The notes below the pieces were generated by a model that saw only the letters and a program-made list of their open reading frames with translations, had not been told where the DNA came from and did not search any database. A program made the translations under genes and the position numbers. Source: Eledone cirrhosa (lineage: Eukaryota). From it: 64,000 bases of DNA. Below, one piece after another: positions 57,648 through 64,000 of this stretch. Location: assembly GCA_964016885.1 (NCBI GenBank), contig OZ024762.1, positions 14,074,001 through 14,138,000 on the forward strand. Direction: 5' to 3'. Each line of letters begins with the position of its first letter. Position 1 is the first letter of the stretch.

Positions 57648-58421
57648 CCCTCTCTATGGCCGTCTGTGTGTGAGTGTGTGCGTCTGTGTATATGATTGTA
57701 TGTGTGTGTGTGTGTGTATGTGACTGTATCTACGTCAACGTGTGCGTGTGAGTGTGTATATGACTGTCTCTCTGGCCATCTGTGTGTGTGTGTATATATG
57801 GCTCTCTATCTCCATGTGTGTGTATGTGTGCGTATATGTATGTATGTATATATGGCTCTCTCTGTGTCCATGTATGTGTGTGTATGTGTATATGTCTCTC
57901 TCCCTGTCCATGTGAGTGTATGTGTGTATGTATGTATGTATGTATATATCTCTCTCTCTCTCTGTCTATGTATGTGTGTATGTATGCATGTCTCTCTCTC
58001 TCTGTCTATGTATGTGTGTATGTATGTATATATGTCTCTCTCTCTCTGTCTATGTATGTCTGTGTATGTATGTATATATGTCTCTCTCTGTCTATGTATG
58101 TGTGTATGTATGTATATATGTCTCTCTCTCTGCCCATGTATGTATGTATGTATGTATGTATGTATGTATGTATGTATGTATGTCTCTCTCTATGACCATG
58201 TATATATGTATATATGGCCCTTTCTATGCCCATGTATGTGTGAGTGTATGTGTGTGTGTATATGTGTATGTATATATATATATATATGCCTCTCTGTCCA
58301 TGTATATGTGTGACCTCCACTATATGATATAAGACATACAACAGAAGTGAAGCTATAAAAATTAGTTCTTATCTGGTGAGACTTCATTTAATGGTCAGCT
58401 AATGTAAAACAATGGACATCT

Positions 58422-58464
<43 letters not shown>

Positions 58465-58500
58465 GTGTGTGTGTTTATATATAAATATATAAAAAAAATG

Positions 58501-58541
<41 letters not shown>

Positions 58542-58554
58542 TATATATAAAATG

Positions 58555-58596
<42 letters not shown>

Positions 58597-58631
58597 AAAC
58601 AGAAATAACAACAAAAACGGTACCGTATATG

Positions 58632-58679
<48 letters not shown>

Positions 58680-58836
58680 TGTAATATAATGTGCATTTAT
58701 ATACACACACATATATACACATAAATTTTATTTTATATGTGCGTGGGTGTGTGTACGGATTTGTAGATAGATGTATATATATATGTGTGTGTGTGTGTAT
58801 ATATGTATATATATATATGTGTGTGTGTATTTGTGT

Positions 58837-58876
<40 letters not shown>

Positions 58877-59019
58877 ATTCACAGAGAGCGAGCGAAATTC
58901 AATCTTCACATAGATAAGCTCACACACGTGTTTTTATTTGTGCGTATATATGAGTATGTGTTAATTTATGTGTGTCCGAGTGTGTTAGTATCAGTGTGTG
59001 TATTTGTGACAGTATTTAA

Positions 59020-59050
<31 letters not shown>

Positions 59051-59150
59051 TTAGTATGTGTGTCTGATAATGTGTGTATGTAGTAGTAGTAGTAATAATA
59101 ATAGCAGTGATTGTAAAGTTTTTTTTTTTGTATTTCATATTAGTACTTAC

Positions 59151-59265
59151 AATTGCCGTCTTGTTTAATAATATAGATCTGATCTACGGAAGCCCGTAAT
59201 ACTTCGCCGTAGCGAAACGTATCTTTGTACCTCATTGTTCCATTAGCTATATGGGCTCCCATAAC
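59151..59265 (-). CDS. FAS1-domain gene, internal exon b (115 nt, phase 0 in / 1 out)
   Basis: Acceptor ttttcttgcag|GTTATG, donor GCAATT|gtaagt. Translation VMGAHIANGTMRYKDTFRYGEVLRASVDQIYIIKQDGN has AHI at the FAS1 [Y/F]H position and is in frame with exon a across a 189-nt intron. Confidence 0.88.
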
Positions 59266-59454
59266 CTGCAAGAAAAACAACACCACCAACATGATGAAAA
59301 AAGACAGAAACCAAAAACAGTTTTTAAACACACAACAGTAAAATACAACGAAGTTTTCTTGTTATATGACCCCAAATTCAACCCGAAAATCTGCCTATAT
59401 GCGACAGATCTTAGACATCCACACATACGAGAGCAGGAAAATATATCATCTCAC

Positions 59455-59608
59455 CTGTTTTATTAAGTCCCCATTCATTAGTCTGTTGGCCTTGCTGTCT
59501 GGGATTTTTAAAAAGGCTTTGTTGCTCGGTACGAACACAGTCAGATGTTCCGACTCCAGACTTAGGAAGTCCTTCATATTGGCACGGTTCATAGCTGACA
59601 GTGCTAAA
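59455..59608 (-). CDS. FAS1 (fasciclin)-domain gene, internal exon a (154 nt, phase 2 in / 0 out)
   Basis: Acceptor tttctaattccag|TTTAGC, donor AAACAG|gtgaga. Translation LALSAMNRANMKDFLSLESEHLTVFVPSNKAFLKIPDSKANRLMNGDLIKQ contains the FAS1 H1 motif TVFVPSNKAF. Confidence 0.92.
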
Positions 59609-59702
59609 CTGGAATTAGAAAGAGAAAAGAGAGAGAGGGTGTTATACTAATATTAGGTTGAATATGCGTCTCATATAACTATGGAGATTTATATATATAT
59701 AT

Positions 59703-59900
59703 ATAGGAACGAGTAGGACCCCGACGGCTGAGCTCAAGCCGTTTCGACGGCTAATTCTGGACTCCAGAATTAGCCGTCGAAACGGCTTGAGCTCAGCCGT
59801 CGGGGTCCTACTCGTTCCTATTACCCACTCTACTACCCTAAGTATTGAGTACTTTGGTGTGTTATGGTCCACCTGGTTCCTTACCACATTTCCTTCGTTA
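59703..59900 (+). mobile_element. (TA)n-flanked ~200-bp element with a perfect hairpin (59-bp arms) and a unique tail
   Basis: 59703-59761 is the exact reverse complement of 59763-59821. The tail ...ggtccacctggttccttaccac is shared with the 53265-53458 and 29831-29929 copies. Confidence 0.85.
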
Positions 59901-60184
59901 TTTATATATATATATATAAAGAGAGTATTGAAGTTTGCTTGAAGCATTGTGGAATAATAAGGTAGATTTCTTTAAGTCGTTTGGAAGCCTCGACAATGCA
60001 AATGGGTAAATCTCCGGGTAACAAGATCCGGTGGTGGAGAGAGAGATGTAAGTGGGTGTACGTTGAGATGCTAGGCGTGTATAAGACGTGTAATGAGAGA
60101 GAGAGAGAGAGGGAGGGTTCAAGGAGACAAACAGAGGTATAAAAAATCTTATTTGTTTCATGCTTTATATTGGAAAGAGGAATG

Positions 60185-60225
60185 AAAGTTTGACGTGTCG
60201 GGCTTAAGTCCTTCTTCAGGATTAC
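60185..60225 (-). mobile_element. Degenerate Penelope pLTR hammerhead remnant
   Basis: CTGAAGA-AGGACTTAAGCCC-GACA-CGTCA resembles the common PLE motif CTGAAGAAGGG...CCCGAAACGTC, with GAAA changed to GACA. Confidence 0.5.
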
Positions 60226-60279
60226 AAAATGGAGACAAAAAAAAAGGTCCCAGTGTAGAGAAAAAAAAATGAAATGAAA

Positions 60280-60319
<40 letters not shown>

Positions 60320-60382
60320 GCGTGTGTGTTGAGATTGGTTCGAGTATATATGGCTTAATGAGCCAAGATCGATATATATACA

Positions 60383-60543
<161 letters not shown>

Positions 60544-60713
60544 ATATATGATGATAGAGACAGATAAATGATATTCAATTGTTTTGCGTGTTCGTAGATA
60601 AGAATCTAGGTTATATATATATATATATATATATATATAGCCATAAATAAATATAAACATACGCACCAAAATACACACACACACACACATACATATATAT
60701 AATTTGTGTCTGT

Positions 60714-60920
60714 ATATATTATTGTATATGAGAGTGTATGTATATATTATTGTATATGAGAGTGTATGTATATATTATTGTATATGAGAGTGTATGTATA
60801 TATTATTGTATATGAGAGTGCATGTATATATTATTGTATATGAGAGTGTATGTATATATTATTGTATATGAGAATGTATGTATATATAATTGTATATGAG
60901 AGTGTATATATATATTATTG
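60714..60920. repeat. 28-bp minisatellite, ~7 copies
   Basis: Unit tatattattgtatatgagagtgtatgta. Confidence 0.93.
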
Positions 60921-61237
60921 AAAATACGAAGTATCCGGTAACATTTGTATGATATATCTACAACTGGTGATTTACATAATGGTAATATTATTTGATCATA
61001 GATGCATACTTGCACAATTACACGTCATTTGGTTCGTTACTTTCCTTGTTGGCATGTAGGAATTATGTTTGCATAATTCCTGACATTCAGGGATATATAT
61101 ATATATAAACATGTGTATATATATGTGTATAGTGTATATATATATATATATATGTATGTATAATATATATATATATATATATAATGTCTTGTATACAATA
61201 GTGTCACTGATTAACTCACATATATTTTACCAAATAA

Positions 61238-61272
<35 letters not shown>

Positions 61273-61591
61273 CATATTTACACCAAAGGACGAATGCATA
61301 CACACACATATATGTATAAATACACATACACACACACACATACATATATATGTATAAATACACACACACACACATACACACAAAAATTCCCACCCAACAC
61401 ACGCACATATATTTATATATATAGTTAGCTAAGTACGAATGTGTGTATATATATATATATATATATATTGTTAGCTAAGTCCGCATGCATATATATGTGG
61501 TTCCTTACCACACTTTTTTTTTATTATATATACATAAATATATATATATATATATACATATATATATACACACACACACAACTAAGTACGA

Positions 61592-61624
<33 letters not shown>

Positions 61625-62145
61625 GTTAGCTAAATCCGCATGCATATATATGTGGTTCCTTACCACACTTTTTTTTTTATTATATATATATATAAATTAT
61701 ATATATATATATATATATATACGCACACAACTAAGTACACATACTTATATGTATGAACTTAGCTGTCTCTCTCTCTCTCTCTCTCTCTCAATATATATAT
61801 ATTGAGCCATCTATATTAGCCTCGATCAAAAACCCTGTCACAATATGTCAGAGATATTAATAAATACAACCAACCATTGATATGTGGAACCATTCTATAT
61901 CCAGATCTCACCAGTCACCATTACACTGCACTACAAATATATATTTTCACCACTGGCACAATAACCTGCTGGGTAGAAGACCGCATCCATCACAGTAATT
62001 ATTCGATTTATATGAGTGTATAAGTTGGCTGACAGATTAGGCACGTGTTGTTTTCTATGCCCCCTTTTTGTCCTCATTTGTTCCCGTTTCTTCAACATAT
62101 CATACATTAATTTCTGTTTATCTTCTACTTCTATCTCAATCTTTC

Positions 62146-62322
62146 TGGGAGGCTCCCGTACAGCTCTGAGTTTTCAATACTCAGTGTATACAGATTAATG
62201 TTCAGAGCCATCCTCAGCATTCTCGTGTAGCACCCATCCACCATCTGAATGAGTTTCTTGGTCAGTGTCCAAGTCTCAGACCCGGACAGCAGCACAGACT
62301 CCACGTATGTTGATGCCCTAAG
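62146..62322 (-). mobile_element. RTE-clade LINE fragment, same family as 55740-56103
   Basis: VESVLLSGSETWTLTKKLIQMVDGCYTRMLRMALNI. The DNA overlaps in sequence with 56000-56103. Confidence 0.88.
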
Positions 62323-62523
62323 GACATGGATCTCGGGAATTTTACCCGCCCTAGAAAAATATATTATATGCAATGATTTTCAGATTTCGAGTATATATTT
62401 CCGTGCAGTCGTTTAGCACAATGCTCAATAAAGATAACACTAATAGCAATATAAATCAGTCAAATGTTCTACTGACTAACTGAATTAAAATCAAACCAAG
62501 GCAAATATATTAAACAGATATCG

Positions 62524-62598
<75 letters not shown>

Positions 62599-63024
62599 TA
62601 TCGATAGAGAGAGATAGAGAGAATGGACAATCAGTTATTGGGACAGATCGATATGACTATCTGGGCAGATGGATAACTTTATATACTGACATAATTCTAT
62701 ATACACACACAATGAAGTACACACATATACTGACGTACATACATAAAACCTCTCTCACACACACACATACAGATGTATAGCTTTATATACTGACATAATT
62801 TTACAGATTTACACATAAAACCTCACACAAATACACACACACCCACACACATCCCATCACTCACACACACACACTACAGCACACACACACCCACTTTACA
62901 GCAGAGGGAAGAAAGAGCCGACTCGTCATTGAGTTAAGTTTAGAGAAAGAGCAATTTCTAGCAAGAATTTCTTCGATATTTATTGGAAAATCAAACCTTG
63001 GATCAAACTATATATACTAGTGAA

Positions 63025-63450
63025 TATAACAGCAACAGTGACAACAACAACAACATATAACAGTGACAATAACAGCAACAACAACAACATATAACAGTGA
63101 CAATAACAGCAACAATAACAACATATAACAGTGACAATAACAGCAACAATAACAACATATAACAGTGACAATAACAGCAACAACAACAACATATAACAGT
63201 GACAATAACAGCAACAACAACATATAACATATAACAGTGACAATAACAACAACAACAACATATAACAGTGACAATAACAGCAACAACAACAACATATAAC
63301 TGTGACAATAACAGCAACAACAACATATAACAGTGACAATAACAGCAACAACAACAACATATAACAATGACAATAACAGCAACAACAATATATAACATAT
63401 AACAGTGACAATAACAGCAACAACAACAACAGCATATAACAGTAACAACA
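63025..63450. repeat. ~31-34-bp minisatellite, ~12 copies
   Basis: Unit acatataacagtgacaataacagcaacaacaaca with variable (aac)n. Confidence 0.92.
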
Positions 63451-63574
63451 ACAAAAGCAACAACAACATCGCTAACAAAAAACATTATTTCCATCACAAA
63501 ATATGTAACAAAAACTACAAGAAATATATATGAGAAAAATCAGGACAAGTTGTAAAATAAACACAGACATACAC

Positions 63575-63614
<40 letters not shown>

Positions 63615-63622
<8 letters not shown>

Positions 63623-64000
63623 TAAACAAATAATGAATAAACAATTTCTTATATTAAACAAAAAAAGTTCATTATTTAACGATCGTTTCTAGGATATATA
63701 TGTGTTAGAGTTGGCATGCATATTCAACAGATCTATGTACAAAATTATACAAAATTATACAAACTATCAAGATTAAATATACATACCAACACATATATAC
63801 GCCGTCTTCAGAAATAATTATTTCTGAAGACGGCGTATATATGTGTTGGTATGTATATTTAATCTTGATAGTTTGTATAATTTTGTATAATTTTGTACAT
63901 AGATCTGTTGAATATGCATGCCAACTCTAACACATATATATCCTAGAAACGATCGTTAAATAATGAACTTTTTTTGTTTAATATAAGAAATTGTTTATTC
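63615..64000. mobile_element. Perfect palindrome of the PLE pLTR carrying two divergent hammerheads (runs off the window)
   Basis: Axis between 63817 and 63818 (gaaataa|ttatttc). 63635-63817 is the reverse complement of 63818-64000. The left arm is a close homologue of 44617-44821. Confidence 0.9.

Overview
Eukaryotic, microsatellite-saturated (TA/CA/GA/GATA) genomic DNA. The SINE/LINE families resemble those of an octopod cephalopod (inference). The only host coding sequence I can support is six internal minus-strand exons (59608->13572; 858 nt; canonical AG/GT borders and matching phases). They encode about two fasciclin (FAS1) domains plus the start of a third; the gene's start and end lie outside the window. 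The most unusual structure is an 11.4-kb, ~247-copy array of a 46-bp unit made of the 3' splice site and first 15-17 nt of the last exon. The pre-mRNA therefore carries ~246 decoy AG|GT acceptors, each followed by an in-frame stop. The introns also contain a 5'-truncated but open Penelope-like RT+GIY-YIG element, and many short (TA)n-flanked elements with type I hammerhead ribozyme motifs, several as inverted repeats or perfect palindromes. Other intronic repeats are tRNA-derived SINEs, RTE, Tx1 and mariner remnants, and several minisatellites. Almost all ORFs in the supplied track are translations of simple repeats.
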